Below are positions 18,224 to 28,270 of a stretch of 64,000 nt of DNA, in pieces (position 1 is the first letter of the stretch; each line of letters opens with the position of its first letter). Under the pieces are notes generated by a model, which did not search any database, had not been told where the DNA came from, and saw only the letters and a program-made list of their open reading frames with translations. Made by a program: the position numbers and the translations under genes. The DNA lies in IMG/VR virus record IMGVR_UViG_3300035698_013060, positions 124,001 through 188,000 of that record; one strand, given 5' to 3'.

Positions 18224-19138
18224 TTACTTGTCGTCCTTGGCGCCCTTCTTACTTGCCGAAAGCAGCATTCGACCGGCCGTCGAAGCCTGGGAGATGGCGG
18301 TGCTGTAGGCACTCACAACGGCACCAGCAACACGCTGTTTCCCGGCCAGCGACTTCTTCAGACCTTCGATTTCGGTCTTGGCTTTGGCAGCATCATCGCC
18401 GCCCTTGGCTGCCGAGGAAGCACCGGCCTTGGCCAGGCGCTGTCCGTTCTTGGCGTCGGTACCAGCCGAAGCAACGATGTTCTTGACATGCGCCAAGTAC
18501 TTCGTCGAGCCACTGAGGACGATGGAAACGCCCTGGTCGGTGAACTCTTGTTCGCCTTCAGCACCAAGGATCTTGGCCTTGATCTGGCCAGCAGTCTGGG
18601 ACTCAGCGTCGGGAGCGCCGATGGTATCGATGCTTTTGACAGCGGCGATGAGTTCGTTCGCGACGTTGTTACCGTCTGCGACGTTTGCATTGCCGTTCAT
18701 CTTGATGGACTTCACAGTCACATCGCCACGCACACCGTTCCACCACTTCTCTTGATTGCCGAACTTGGAGAAGAGCTTGGCGACGGTCTTCTTGAACCAA
18801 CCGCTGATGGCGTTCCAGATCTTCATGAAGAAATCGCCGATCGACTTGAAGACTTCTTTCACGCCTTCATCCAAGATCGACTGGTCTTCGTTCACGATCG
18901 CCTGATGCTCAAGGCTCGCGGCGTCGTTAATGATGGCACCCCAGGCAGTCTCCATCTCGAGTGCGACTTCGAGGATACCTTCGGCTCCTTCGCCGAACAC
19001 ATCGTAGTCTTCCTCGCGGATGCCCATTTCCTCAGAGATGTCAGTCATCTCCTTGAAAATCGGATCCTTCAGCATTTCGTCGAGGTTCACAGCGAGTCCG
19101 CCGCCACCGTTGCTTTTTGATTCGTTCAAGAACAGCAT
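18224..19138 (-). CDS. internal head (ejection) protein with acidic propeptide
   Basis: MLFLNE start; acidic N-terminal region with LNE/ISE/ALE/SLE/LDE sites, then the amphipathic F.KIW.AI..WF helix typical of jumbo-phage head proteins. Confidence 0.7.
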   Translation of the reverse strand: MLFLNESKSNGGGGLAVNLDEMLKDPIFKEMTDISEEMGIREEDYDVFGEGAEGILEVALEMETAWGAIINDAASLEHQAIVNEDQSILDEGVKEVFKSIGDFFMKIWNAISGWFKKTVAKLFSKFGNQEKWWNGVRGDVTVKSIKMNGNANVADGNNVANELIAAVKSIDTIGAPDAESQTAGQIKAKILGAEGEQEFTDQGVSIVLSGSTKYLAHVKNIVASAGTDAKNGQRLAKAGASSAAKGGDDAAKAKTEIEGLKKSLAGKQRVAGAVVSAYSTAISQASTAGRMLLSASKKGAKDDK

Positions 19139-19325
19139 GGTCTTTTCTCCGTATCAAGGGTTCAGTAGAAAGTATACCCCCTAGCGGGTCCTCAGGCCTT
19201 TACCGGCCGGTGAACGCGTCTAGGGGGCTCTCGCCAAAAAATCTGTCAAGGAGAGCCAGGGTGCGAGTAGTGTCCCGGGGCTCCTGTGCGCGACTTTCAT
19301 CCGATGCCAGATCCGGTGTCAGTCG

Positions 19326-19364
19326 CATTGTCATGTTGGCCTCTCAAAAACCTAATTTGATGTT
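19326..19364 (-). promoter_or_regulatory. tandem late promoters AACA-TCAAAT-TA (19353-19364) and AACA-TGACAA-TG (19326-19337)
   Basis: two strict AACA-N6-TR matches. Confidence 0.65.
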
Positions 19365-19389
19365 AGTTCTTGGAGGTGGGATTCTTGTG

Positions 19390-20484
19390 TCAGATTAGGG
19401 GGGAGCCACCGGCCGATGCAGGGACGCTATCTTTCGGAACGTGTTCTGTGTTGACCTCTCTCCGTACTGTATCCTTTGAGGTCTTCTCTGCGATATCATT
19501 CTTCACAGAAATGTTGTCAGACAGTTTGGCCATCTGTTTTGCCAACTTAATCTGCTTCTGTTTTACGCCTCCACTCTTCTTAGTGGCAGCGTTGATTTCC
19601 AGAAATTGGGAGACGATCATGAACTCCCTACTGAAATGTCTCCGAAGATTGTAGAAGAAGATGATACTCTTGCGAACAAGATAGATGACGAAGAAGAATG
19701 CTGCAATCGCTGCAACGGTAACTCCGAGAATGGTTCCGAAGTCTTCGTTGACAGACTTCTGGTTCTCTTCATCATCGACCTCTTCACCAATTCCTCTGAG
19801 TTTTATCGGAGCCACCTTTATTGGCTCAACCATCATAGGATCAGTGCCGTCACCAAAAAGGGCTTTCTTACCCTTCTTCCCGGTCTTGATGAACTCAGCA
19901 ATCTTTCCAGACCTGAAAGCCTGGTTATAGTGATGAATGTCTTGGATGACATAGTTGGCCATCAGCCCCCTGTCTTCCATATAGGCAATCGTCATTCCAC
20001 TCTGATCGAGTTGAGTTCTCACTGAAGTAGAGATCGCCAAAACCGTTCCATAGAACAGACTCATGACCATCGATTGGTACAACCAGATTGCTAAGAGATT
20101 GTTCTCTCTGTAGGCCTTCTGGAAGTCGCTCGTATACTCCCTCATCTTTCCTTTCAGCATACTGAGCTCCATCAAGACCTGAGCCTGTCTCCTGGTGAGA
20201 TTCGTCATCGCATTGAGAGCGTCTTCTACGTTGTAGTAGTCCGGGACCTTGGTGATATCACCCTTGGATTTGTCAATCGATCTGGTATCGATGAGATCCT
20301 GCTTCGGAGCCGTTGTGGAAATCATCTTCCGAATCAGCATGTTCATCTGAGTGGTCTTGACTTCCTCGTCCAAGGCCACCAGTTTGTGCCTCTCATGAGG
20401 GCCTTCGCAAAGAAAGAACTCGAGAGACTCGTCTCTCGATGGGTTCTCTGGGAGGGTATATTCGTTTCCTGTAAGTCTGCTCAT
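19390..20484 (-). CDS. virion (head) protein with hydrophobic helix
   Basis: SKGDITK; SVNE followed by FGTILGVTVAAIAAFFFVIYLVR. Confidence 0.6.
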   Translation of the reverse strand: MSRLTGNEYTLPENPSRDESLEFFLCEGPHERHKLVALDEEVKTTQMNMLIRKMISTTAPKQDLIDTRSIDKSKGDITKVPDYYNVEDALNAMTNLTRRQAQVLMELSMLKGKMREYTSDFQKAYRENNLLAIWLYQSMVMSLFYGTVLAISTSVRTQLDQSGMTIAYMEDRGLMANYVIQDIHHYNQAFRSGKIAEFIKTGKKGKKALFGDGTDPMMVEPIKVAPIKLRGIGEEVDDEENQKSVNEDFGTILGVTVAAIAAFFFVIYLVRKSIIFFYNLRRHFSREFMIVSQFLEINAATKKSGGVKQKQIKLAKQMAKLSDNISVKNDIAEKTSKDTVRREVNTEHVPKDSVPASAGGSPLI

Positions 20485-20503
20485 TTTTCTATGCTCCCGT
20501 GCG

Positions 20504-21961
20504 TTACTTGGTCACCGCGAGGATGGTTTTGAGGAGGTCGCCTTGAGTAAGCTCCCTATCCTCCTTCTTGATGCCATCAATGCTCTTCACATCGAAGTCA
20601 GAGTCAGCCTCATCGTACCACCAGATCCTGTCATTTACTTCATCGATGATAACGAGGTTGAGAAGACTCAAGCTTTCGACAACTCCCTTAGCAGTACTAC
20701 TCTTGGAGAGATCGAACTTACCGTCAGTCTCCCGAAGCATTTCCTCGACGTCTTCCATGGAAACCGCCAAGGTGGCTGTGGACATGACGTCTCCACCAAT
20801 CATTCGTCTCATGCTGTTGTCAGACGTCAGGCGTTTCAGTTTGGCATACCAACCGTCTTTTCCAGCTTTCTCTTTACGGAAGCTATCTTTCACTTCCTTA
20901 AGGTTGAAGACGAAATCCTTGAAGAACTTGGTCTCACCAGTCCATAGACGGGCCAGTTTGATCAAGAAGCTCATATCGAACTTGGCCTTCGGGAGGAACT
21001 TCGTCATCTCAGTAGAGGGAACGATGTGGATCACGGTCTTGACCCCAAGAGTGAACTTGGTATTCTTGATGAAGCCGGGAGTATGGTACTCCACGTCGAC
21101 AGAGATCTTCAAGGGCTCAGCCTTGTTAGTTTTCTTTTCGACGTTAGCCCATGATGTCCCAATCTCACCTTTCACTCTAGCCATCTCAGCTCTGACGGCC
21201 TTCTCTTCGGCATCAGCTTCTGCTTCATCTCTCTCGACATTTTTCTTGGTGATTTCGATAGCGACTCTATCAGCAAGATAGGTATTGAGGAAATCGATGT
21301 CACGTTCGAGATTTACCTTCTTAGCCGGAGTGGTAGCGCGTGAATAAGATGCTTCCATCTTCAAGACCTCACGGCGAAGGACAGTCTCTGCAGTCTCTCC
21401 TTTTGGAAGCCTTGCTGCCTTTCCACCGGGTGTAGAAGGGATACCGATCATTTTCTCAATGTCAGCATATGTCAAAGGGGCTGCTTCAACGATGAGGATA
21501 TTTCCATCAATGTCGGTACAGTTGAGGCCGTTTCCGATCTCTTCTGAGAGATCAAATACGCCATCTCCATCAAGTAGAGACCTGAGTTCAGGAACATTCT
21601 CCCATCCCTCCAACTCGTCTCTGAGCATATCGAAGCCAGAGATCTTACTGATAAGCCCTTCTTTACTTTCACCTGTTTCAAGGTTGATGATACCGATTCG
21701 CTCGATCACCATTTTCACCAAGACTGCACTGCGATATTCGATTGCAGTGGCCAAAGCCGATGCCATCTCAAAATCACAGCTATCACTGATGATGAGAGGG
21801 AAGTGCATGATAGACTTCTTAGCGAGCCGACTGATACTTCGTCCCTCACCCTTGATACGCCTTCTCAGCGTATCGAGATTGACGTCAGGCTGCCAGACTT
21901 TATCCTTGAAGTGACCAGCCAGCTTCACAATATCGTTGATTATTCCGCCGTCGACTGCCAT
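20504..21961 (-). CDS. virion (head) structural protein
   Basis: SI..LAK.SIMHFP.IISD; GVKT.IH.V; TGE.KFFKDF; under a late promoter. Confidence 0.6.
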   Translation of the reverse strand: MAVDGGIINDIVKLAGHFKDKVWQPDVNLDTLRRRIKGEGRSISRLAKKSIMHFPLIISDSCDFEMASALATAIEYRSAVLVKMVIERIGIINLETGESKEGLISKISGFDMLRDELEGWENVPELRSLLDGDGVFDLSEEIGNGLNCTDIDGNILIVEAAPLTYADIEKMIGIPSTPGGKAARLPKGETAETVLRREVLKMEASYSRATTPAKKVNLERDIDFLNTYLADRVAIEITKKNVERDEAEADAEEKAVRAEMARVKGEIGTSWANVEKKTNKAEPLKISVDVEYHTPGFIKNTKFTLGVKTVIHIVPSTEMTKFLPKAKFDMSFLIKLARLWTGETKFFKDFVFNLKEVKDSFRKEKAGKDGWYAKLKRLTSDNSMRRMIGGDVMSTATLAVSMEDVEEMLRETDGKFDLSKSSTAKGVVESLSLLNLVIIDEVNDRIWWYDEADSDFDVKSIDGIKKEDRELTQGDLLKTILAVTK

Positions 21962-22008
21962 GATTTAATCTCTCCGATGTTTATATCCCAAGTATAGAGT
22001 TCTCATTG

Positions 22009-22020
22009 CAATAAGATGTT
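22009..22020 (-). promoter_or_regulatory. late promoter AACA-TCTTAT-TG
   Basis: strict match. Confidence 0.7.
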
Positions 22021-22035
22021 CTACCAGTTCGGAAG

Positions 22036-22081
22036 AAAAAAGAGGACTGATGGGGGAGGAGTGACCCTCCCCCACCGTCCT
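22036..22081 (-). terminator. terminator
   Basis: ggggagg..cctcccc stem followed by a U tract on the minus strand. Confidence 0.65.
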
Positions 22082-22230
22082 AGAATTCCTTGTCCCTAGC
22101 CCCCATTGGAACTGCGGCAGTTGATTGTATATCGGGCTCGGTCATAGACTGGCCCTTTGGGATGTTGTCTACCTCTCCTTCAGGGGGATTCGGGTCTTCC
22201 GGGATTTCGGCTCCCGTTGCCACGAACGAG

Positions 22231-22439
22231 TTACATTCTTCGACTGGATGCGAATCCCTCCTCTGATACTTCCCTGAAAGCAAATTTCAGGTGATCCGAT
22301 AGTGAGGGGCGCTTTTTCTCAATCCGAGAATGAAACTTGCGGTCGATCTCTTCTAATCTTTTTCCTTGCCTGAAGACGTTGAACATCTTCCTGGTGGCAG
22401 GGTCAGAATCGAAGTCGATTACCGCCTCCTTTCAGACAT
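22231..22439 (-). pseudogene. small early gene with a one-base frameshift near codon 3
   Basis: AAGGAGG SD plus ATG TCT GAA stops after 6 codons; the -1 frame reads KEAVIDFDSDPATRKMF...RRM. Confidence 0.45.
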
Positions 22440-22508
22440 GATCAGGGCCCTCCTTTGTTAGATCTTTTTGAACTGTCTAGGTAAGACTTAAACCCGTAAG
22501 CTATGACC

Positions 22509-22520
22509 TAATATATGTCT
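22509..22520 (-). promoter_or_regulatory. early promoter AGACATATATTA
   Basis: 12/12 identical to 14601-14612. Confidence 0.7.
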
Positions 22521-22550
22521 CTGTCACTTTTTGTCGTAGATCCATTCCGA

Positions 22551-22562
22551 AACAATCAATAG
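22551..22562 (+). promoter_or_regulatory. late promoter variant AACA-ATCAAT-AG
   Basis: upstream of the baseplate operon. Confidence 0.55.
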
Positions 22563-22602
22563 ACGGAGCTATAAAGAATGAACCGAGACAGGAGACCCAC
22601 CG

Positions 22603-23793
22603 ATGGCTGACGCGAATATCCATACCGGAACGGGTACCGTCAGGGGCGGGATTCAGCAGGACTCCCCGATAAAAGATTCGATGGACCCATCCCGGGTGTT
22701 AGACCCATTCAATGTATACAACAGGACTAGGACCCGTGGGGCCTGGAGAGAACCTGCTACCGGTCCAGTATGGTACGTTTTCATGACAGCTCCTAGCTGT
22801 AACCTGGCCGGACAGAACTTGAAAAACTACCGATACTTCCAGAAACTCTGGGAGGAACACGTAGAAGGGACTGTTACGTCTAGAGGTCGGGCTATCATAG
22901 AGGCTCTCTCGTTCGGTATCGAGGGAAAAGGCGTGTCCAGCATGATCAAACTGCTGACTAACACTGCCATGGGTTTCACTCCTGTAGATACAACCTCAAA
23001 TCCTCACACAATCGCTGAGACTTGGAACAAGCTCAAACATCAATATGCTGGTAATGATAACGACAGTAGGAGTGGTGGGTCATTCAGCATCGAGTATGAA
23101 GAGCTTCAAGGACTTCCCGTTCTGAATCTACACAAGTGCTGGTATGAATACATTCAGAAGGTGAAGAGTGGTAAGGTTCTCCCAGCTGAGTTCTTCCGGA
23201 CCAACCGGATCATAGACTACCAAACGTCTCTTTACTATTTCTTGATAGGACCAGATGGTGAATCCATTGAATTTTGGTCTAAGTTCACTGGGGTCTTTCC
23301 AACGGCGATGCCGTATAGTGCTATGGCCACAGGAGATGGTTCTCCTATCAAAATTTCAATCCCGTATGCCTTTGTGTACAAGGAAGACCTTGAGCCTGAG
23401 ATTTTAACAGACTTCAATGATTCCATCAAAGCCCAATCGGACAGGAATACGGTCTACGATGCTATCGTCTGGCCTGGAGTGTCTGTAGGGAACTTTGTTA
23501 AGGGATCAGGAAAGCTGGCATCTCGAGCAAAGGGAGAGACTTGGGATTGGATAACTGGTCTATTTGGAGCTGGAACAGAGTCATTCACTGATGAAACTTG
23601 GATCAAGCTGAGAGGAATCCAGCATAACGAGTATTCAGGTAGTGGTGGAACTGCTAAAGTTAGAGATGATGTCTTCGGCGCGAGCGCGGTGAAGGTGATC
23701 ATGAAGTCAAGGAACGGAGGCCCGGAAAGGCCCTGTTTAGTCTTCGACAATGTTGGGGATCCGAGCGAGAGTTCTGTACCCGCAATCATATGA
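22603..23793 (+). CDS. tail tube-fold baseplate protein (gp54-like)
   Basis: YVFMTAP.CNL, FSIEY.E, HK.W.EYI, IDY..S.YYF, K.TGVFP. Confidence 0.65.
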   Translation: MADANIHTGTGTVRGGIQQDSPIKDSMDPSRVLDPFNVYNRTRTRGAWREPATGPVWYVFMTAPSCNLAGQNLKNYRYFQKLWEEHVEGTVTSRGRAIIEALSFGIEGKGVSSMIKLLTNTAMGFTPVDTTSNPHTIAETWNKLKHQYAGNDNDSRSGGSFSIEYEELQGLPVLNLHKCWYEYIQKVKSGKVLPAEFFRTNRIIDYQTSLYYFLIGPDGESIEFWSKFTGVFPTAMPYSAMATGDGSPIKISIPYAFVYKEDLEPEILTDFNDSIKAQSDRNTVYDAIVWPGVSVGNFVKGSGKLASRAKGETWDWITGLFGAGTESFTDETWIKLRGIQHNEYSGSGGTAKVRDDVFGASAVKVIMKSRNGGPERPCLVFDNVGDPSESSVPAII

Positions 23794-23805
23794 ACGAGGT
23801 GAGAG

Positions 23806-26721
23806 ATGGCGACGACAACTGACACGACCCCAGTCGTCAGAGACGACACCTACGGGGTAGAAGAAGACCTCCTCAGCCTCGCGAAGACATTCTTCTTCGA
23901 CGAGAATGAGGATATTGCGATATCGACGTTGAAGCCTAGTATCTTTGGCTTCTTCGCACAAGCGGCGTCGACGATTGTAAAGACTGGAGTCTTCCACAGA
24001 AATGTTTTCTACGATGAGTTCTTTTTGAACACAGCTTCAATGGACTCCAGTATCTACAACTTTGCCAAGCTATACAATTACGAGGTGGCGAACGCCTTCT
24101 CGTCCAAAGTATATCTGTCCATGGCAATACGTGAGAGTGAGATACTGAAGTATAGTAATTTGAATCCCGATGACGACGGAGCAACAAGGCTGTTCAAAAT
24201 CAACAAGGCCACGAAGTTCGTCTTCGGTGAGTTTGAGTTCTTACTTCCATGCTCAGTTTTCGTCACCATCTCCAGGATGGATGAGTCTGTTCCCATTTCT
24301 GACTTCGCCAACAACAGATGGGTATTCCAGGCTCGTTACGACTTGAATGATTACAATCTCCAAGAGTACAAAACTACTAACCCGTACATCAAGATGTACA
24401 GCAATGTCATCGGCGGGGAGAAATGGTATATCTTCAAGCTCGAAGCTTGGCAGATGACCCTGAACGAGTACGTATTTGATGTACTCACTAGTGACGTTGA
24501 CCAACTTGTCTCGTACACGACAGAATTCGAAGACCAGTTGGCAGGATTCAAAGTAGAGGTCCAGGATCCAACAAGATCAACACCTGACTCTCAATACATG
24601 GAGATCTCTAAGGAATTCAATAACGCCGTTGCATTTACTGAGGATGGAGAACCTATCTCAGCAGCGGAAGAGGAAACCCTTACCGGGGACTACTACGACT
24701 GGACCAGACTGAGTTACTTCGCTTATCCGGCTGAAGAGTCCGTTCAGGTCTACTTCCCAACCCTCTCAGCAGAGAGACCTGGTTTTGGCTCGTCCGTTAG
24801 AATTAGAGTGTTCACTACCAAGGGCGTACTCGGTAATTTTCAGTATGATGGCAACATCGGCATTCAATTCGTGAGGGAAGAAGGAGATCCTAACTCTACT
24901 AGTGAGAAGGATAAGTCTGCGATGGAGGTCGTAGTCTCTAACCTATCAGATGCTGCTGGTGGTAAAGACAGACTCGGGGTTCTAGAGCTGAAACGGGAGC
25001 TGATTAAGAAAATCCTGGTCCGAAATAACTTGATCACTGAGAAAGACTTGGAGTATTTCTTCGAGAATCTCGTCGAGACCAGTTCGATCAATCAGGGTAA
25101 GTTAATGTTCGTCAAACAGAGAGACGACATTCTACGAAGGCTCTTCACAGTCTTCTTACTTCTAAGAGATGGTGATGGTAGGGTGGTCCCTACTAACACA
25201 GTGGACTTGAAGGCTGACTATGAATGGATCTCGTCCCGGGACTTTGTCATTAGACCCGGGGAGATCGTCGTATACGATCCGGACAGAGCTGGCTACAGAT
25301 TCCTACAGGAAGGAGAGTTTCCAGAGGCATATCTCGGAGACTCGAGATCCTTTGTCTATTCGATTCCTCATCTCATGTATGTGAAGCTAGACCCATTCCC
25401 ACGTATTGTCTATTATAGAACAACCGTGGCTAATGGGATTACTGTGGAGTTTGACCAGTACTCAGACTTCCGCTTCCCATTCGAAGTTATCGTCAACACT
25501 GTTAACGCTAGGCGTAACGGACTGTATGATAACTTCTACACGTTCTACTTGGACATGGCGACGAATATCGACGAAGACGAGAACTATCATCCCAATAACG
25601 CTGATATCTTGAAGTCCTCCAACATGAGAGTCGTGTTGGCCCTGAGAGATCGCTCCAGCAATGAAATCATCTGCTATGTCGCCCTTGGGAAAAAGAAAGG
25701 AAGCGACACTGAGTGGTTTGTCAAGATCGAGACTGAGGATGTTATCGTCAACGACACAGCTGGTGAAGGCCGGTTACAACTGGTTAATCCTTCTCTGACA
25801 GGAAATCTTCTGGACTCGGCTGGAAATCCATTAGCCTTGATCAATGTTCCAGAAGAGTTTGATATCGAAACTCTCGTACTGTATGATCCGTACGAAGTCG
25901 AGACTGTCGATAACGAGAGGGTGATGATCAACAAAGCCCAAGACAGTCGGAAGAACAGAGAAGACTATTTGGAACTAATGGAAGGTCTGTCGGACTCCAA
26001 ATGGTCTTGGAATGGAACCGAATGGTATTGGGATGGTAGTCCTTGGAACGGAGTTGATAGCGGGAGCTTCTTTGGGATGGTTGCAGTGTTTGTACACGCT
26101 AGCTCTGACTACTTCACTCTACATCAACCACTGGCCAATCTGATCTTGTCTGACATTCTACTCAACAGCGATGGTACGTTGGTCCTTAGGAGCGTCCCGA
26201 TTATCGGGACAAAGTACTTCTCAGACTACGATGCCAGTGTTGATGTCCATGAGACTCTTCAACAATATGAGGATATCCTTCGTTCTAACATGGCTCTATT
26301 GGAGAACAATACGCAAGTTAGCATGAAGTTCTTCAATACCTATGGAGTGGCGAGGCATCACAGTACAACCTCTTCCAACATCTTCATGGAGATCAAAATC
26401 AGGTTGGTTGGAACAGACACAAGCATCGACAGTGATATCATCGCAGCCATTGCGGCACATGTCGAGTCGTCCAATGATATCGGCGTACTCTCTATGTCGA
26501 ACGTTGTCACCATGTTGGAAACCACCTTCCCAGAGGTCAGGTTCATTAATGTGGTGGGGATGAATCAGTTGGGTCAACAGTCTATCGAGAGGACGAGCCC
26601 TGACGACCTATCTGAGATGACAAAGGAGGAGTTGGTGGCATACGTGCCTGAGTTCCTTAACTTGAATACCGAAGTGGTTGACAACAGACTGGCATACTCG
26701 GTGAAAATCGAACACATCTAG
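23806..26721 (+). CDS. baseplate wedge subunit (gp6-like)
   Basis: E.FLNTA...SIYN.AK, TTKG..GN, A.GGKD, LITE.DL. Confidence 0.8.
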   Translation: MATTTDTTPVVRDDTYGVEEDLLSLAKTFFFDENEDIAISTLKPSIFGFFAQAASTIVKTGVFHRNVFYDEFFLNTASMDSSIYNFAKLYNYEVANAFSSKVYLSMAIRESEILKYSNLNPDDDGATRLFKINKATKFVFGEFEFLLPCSVFVTISRMDESVPISDFANNRWVFQARYDLNDYNLQEYKTTNPYIKMYSNVIGGEKWYIFKLEAWQMTLNEYVFDVLTSDVDQLVSYTTEFEDQLAGFKVEVQDPTRSTPDSQYMEISKEFNNAVAFTEDGEPISAAEEETLTGDYYDWTRLSYFAYPAEESVQVYFPTLSAERPGFGSSVRIRVFTTKGVLGNFQYDGNIGIQFVREEGDPNSTSEKDKSAMEVVVSNLSDAAGGKDRLGVLELKRELIKKILVRNNLITEKDLEYFFENLVETSSINQGKLMFVKQRDDILRRLFTVFLLLRDGDGRVVPTNTVDLKADYEWISSRDFVIRPGEIVVYDPDRAGYRFLQEGEFPEAYLGDSRSFVYSIPHLMYVKLDPFPRIVYYRTTVANGITVEFDQYSDFRFPFEVIVNTVNARRNGLYDNFYTFYLDMATNIDEDENYHPNNADILKSSNMRVVLALRDRSSNEIICYVALGKKKGSDTEWFVKIETEDVIVNDTAGEGRLQLVNPSLTGNLLDSAGNPLALINVPEEFDIETLVLYDPYEVETVDNERVMINKAQDSRKNREDYLELMEGLSDSKWSWNGTEWYWDGSPWNGVDSGSFFGMVAVFVHASSDYFTLHQPLANLILSDILLNSDGTLVLRSVPIIGTKYFSDYDASVDVHETLQQYEDILRSNMALLENNTQVSMKFFNTYGVARHHSTTSSNIFMEIKIRLVGTDTSIDSDIIAAIAAHVESSNDIGVLSMSNVVTMLETTFPEVRFINVVGMNQLGQQSIERTSPDDLSEMTKEELVAYVPEFLNLNTEVVDNRLAYSVKIEHI

Positions 26722-26733
26722 GCCATCGACAGT

Positions 26734-26745
26734 AACATAGAATTA
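26734..26745 (+). promoter_or_regulatory. late promoter AACA-TAGAAT-TA
   Basis: strict match. Confidence 0.7.
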
Positions 26746-26804
26746 AACGTACTAAATCACCTGCCGTGGCGCGGGCTGTGAAGAAAAGAAAGAGGAACAC
26801 TGAA

Positions 26805-27662
26805 ATGAGTATACTCAAAGACATGCTGCGGCCAGACCGAACTTCGAGACGCCGGGCTGAGCAAAGATCCAAGGCCGAACAGGTTTTGGCTGAACAGGCA
26901 GTCAAGAATCAGAACGAATTTGGTCCCAATGCTACGGCTATCGCCGCTGGTAAGAAGGCCCAGGTGTTGTCTGAGGAAGGGACCTGTGCCCTGTCCAGTA
27001 AGTCTACCGCGAAGACAAAGAGGCTTCGTGAGAGGGACAAAAAGACGACCGAGGCTAGGACCGTAGTGGCTGAGATGGTTGCTGGTGTTGTGATTCGGGG
27101 TCTCCCGCTTGATGAGTCAGCCATTGATCAGTTTGGCGAGAGAATCAAAGACAATACCGTCAGCTTCGTGACCGGACTTCTCGAGGATGGTACACTGAAG
27201 TTGCGGGACTTCACTGAGAGCGAATCTCAGGTTGTCAAGGACCTCGTGGCTTGCTCCTTCTTGGAGCCCAATAACAATCTTGCCATCAGAGAAGCTGGAG
27301 ACCAGATCTCTGAGATGGTCAAAGAGAAGGCCAAGAAAGCAATCAAGGCTGAGATTCGTGCCGCCAAGGTCCAGAAGAAGATGGAAGAAGACATCGACGG
27401 TGAGACACCTGCAAAGGCTGATGCAGGCCTTGGAGAAGGCATGGAACTCTATCGGAGTAAGAGGATCAAACCCGGCGAGAGGACCTTCATGTCCAAGATC
27501 TTGCGGGAGACTTCGAAGACTCTGGTGAGAGCTGAAGGCGAGCTCGATATGGACAGAGCTGTCGGTGAAGCATCGGTACAGTTCTGCATCGTCGAGACCC
27601 TCAATACCATGAATCTGGTCAAGGACTTGGACAATATGGTGGAGAGAGTCCTAGCCTGCTAG
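26805..27662 (+). CDS. probable head/core structural protein
   Basis: GAGGA SD at ATG 26805; late promoter; several L/I-x-E sites; C-terminal ETLNTM.L. Confidence 0.6.
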   Translation: MSILKDMLRPDRTSRRRAEQRSKAEQVLAEQAVKNQNEFGPNATAIAAGKKAQVLSEEGTCALSSKSTAKTKRLRERDKKTTEARTVVAEMVAGVVIRGLPLDESAIDQFGERIKDNTVSFVTGLLEDGTLKLRDFTESESQVVKDLVACSFLEPNNNLAIREAGDQISEMVKEKAKKAIKAEIRAAKVQKKMEEDIDGETPAKADAGLGEGMELYRSKRIKPGERTFMSKILRETSKTLVRAEGELDMDRAVGEASVQFCIVETLNTMNLVKDLDNMVERVLAC

Positions 27663-27682
27663 GATTGGTCCAGAAACGATTA

Positions 27683-27718
27683 CAAAGGGGCTAACGGCAA
27701 TGCCGTTAGCCTCCTTTG
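27683..27718. terminator. bidirectional terminator
   Basis: ggctaacggca-a-tgccgttagcc between convergent genes. Confidence 0.8.
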
Positions 27719-27737
27719 CTTCCTCGACGAGAGCTTC

Positions 27738-28241
27738 TTAGCTCTTCTTTTTCTTCTTGGTCTTGGGCTTATCATCAGAGATCCGAGGTTCAGGAGAATC
27801 GGTTTCCTCGACGGTCTCGGGAACAGGAGTTACCGGAGTTTCGACTACACCAGCCCCAGGAGGAACCGTGATATTCGCCTGGTCTTGAACGTCTGCCTTG
27901 TCCTCGACCTTCTTCGGAGCGGGGATCTGAGCCATCTTCTGTTGCTGCTGAAGCTGCGCGGCCGGGACTGTAACCAGCTTGTGGTGGTCGATGAGATTGT
28001 CCACCATCGTTCTGGCAAAGCTCATGACGTCCATCGTCGTGCGCATCAACCAGTTGTACTTGATGTACATGTCAGCGTTCCGCTTCTCCAGGTGAGGAGC
28101 GATGAACAACAGGTGTGCAGTTCCCTTGTCCTCTTCCTTTGAGTCTTCTACCCTTCCGGCGCAGATGACGTAGTCGAGACCGAATTCTTCGCAGAGTTCG
28201 ATAAGCTTCTTACGGGCTACGGTGACCTGTTCTGCCTTCAT
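27738..28241 (-). CDS. hypothetical protein (167 aa)
   Basis: AAGGAG SD. Confidence 0.75.
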   Translation of the reverse strand: MKAEQVTVARKKLIELCEEFGLDYVICAGRVEDSKEEDKGTAHLLFIAPHLEKRNADMYIKYNWLMRTTMDVMSFARTMVDNLIDHHKLVTVPAAQLQQQQKMAQIPAPKKVEDKADVQDQANITVPPGAGVVETPVTPVPETVEETDSPEPRISDDKPKTKKKKKS

Positions 28242-28270
28242 TCCGATTTGTCTCCTTCGTTTTTCTTTCT

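Noticed and set aside
22080-22283. 67-aa minus-strand ORF
   Set aside because: TTG start without SD, overlapping the frameshifted gene; not supportable as a separate CDS.
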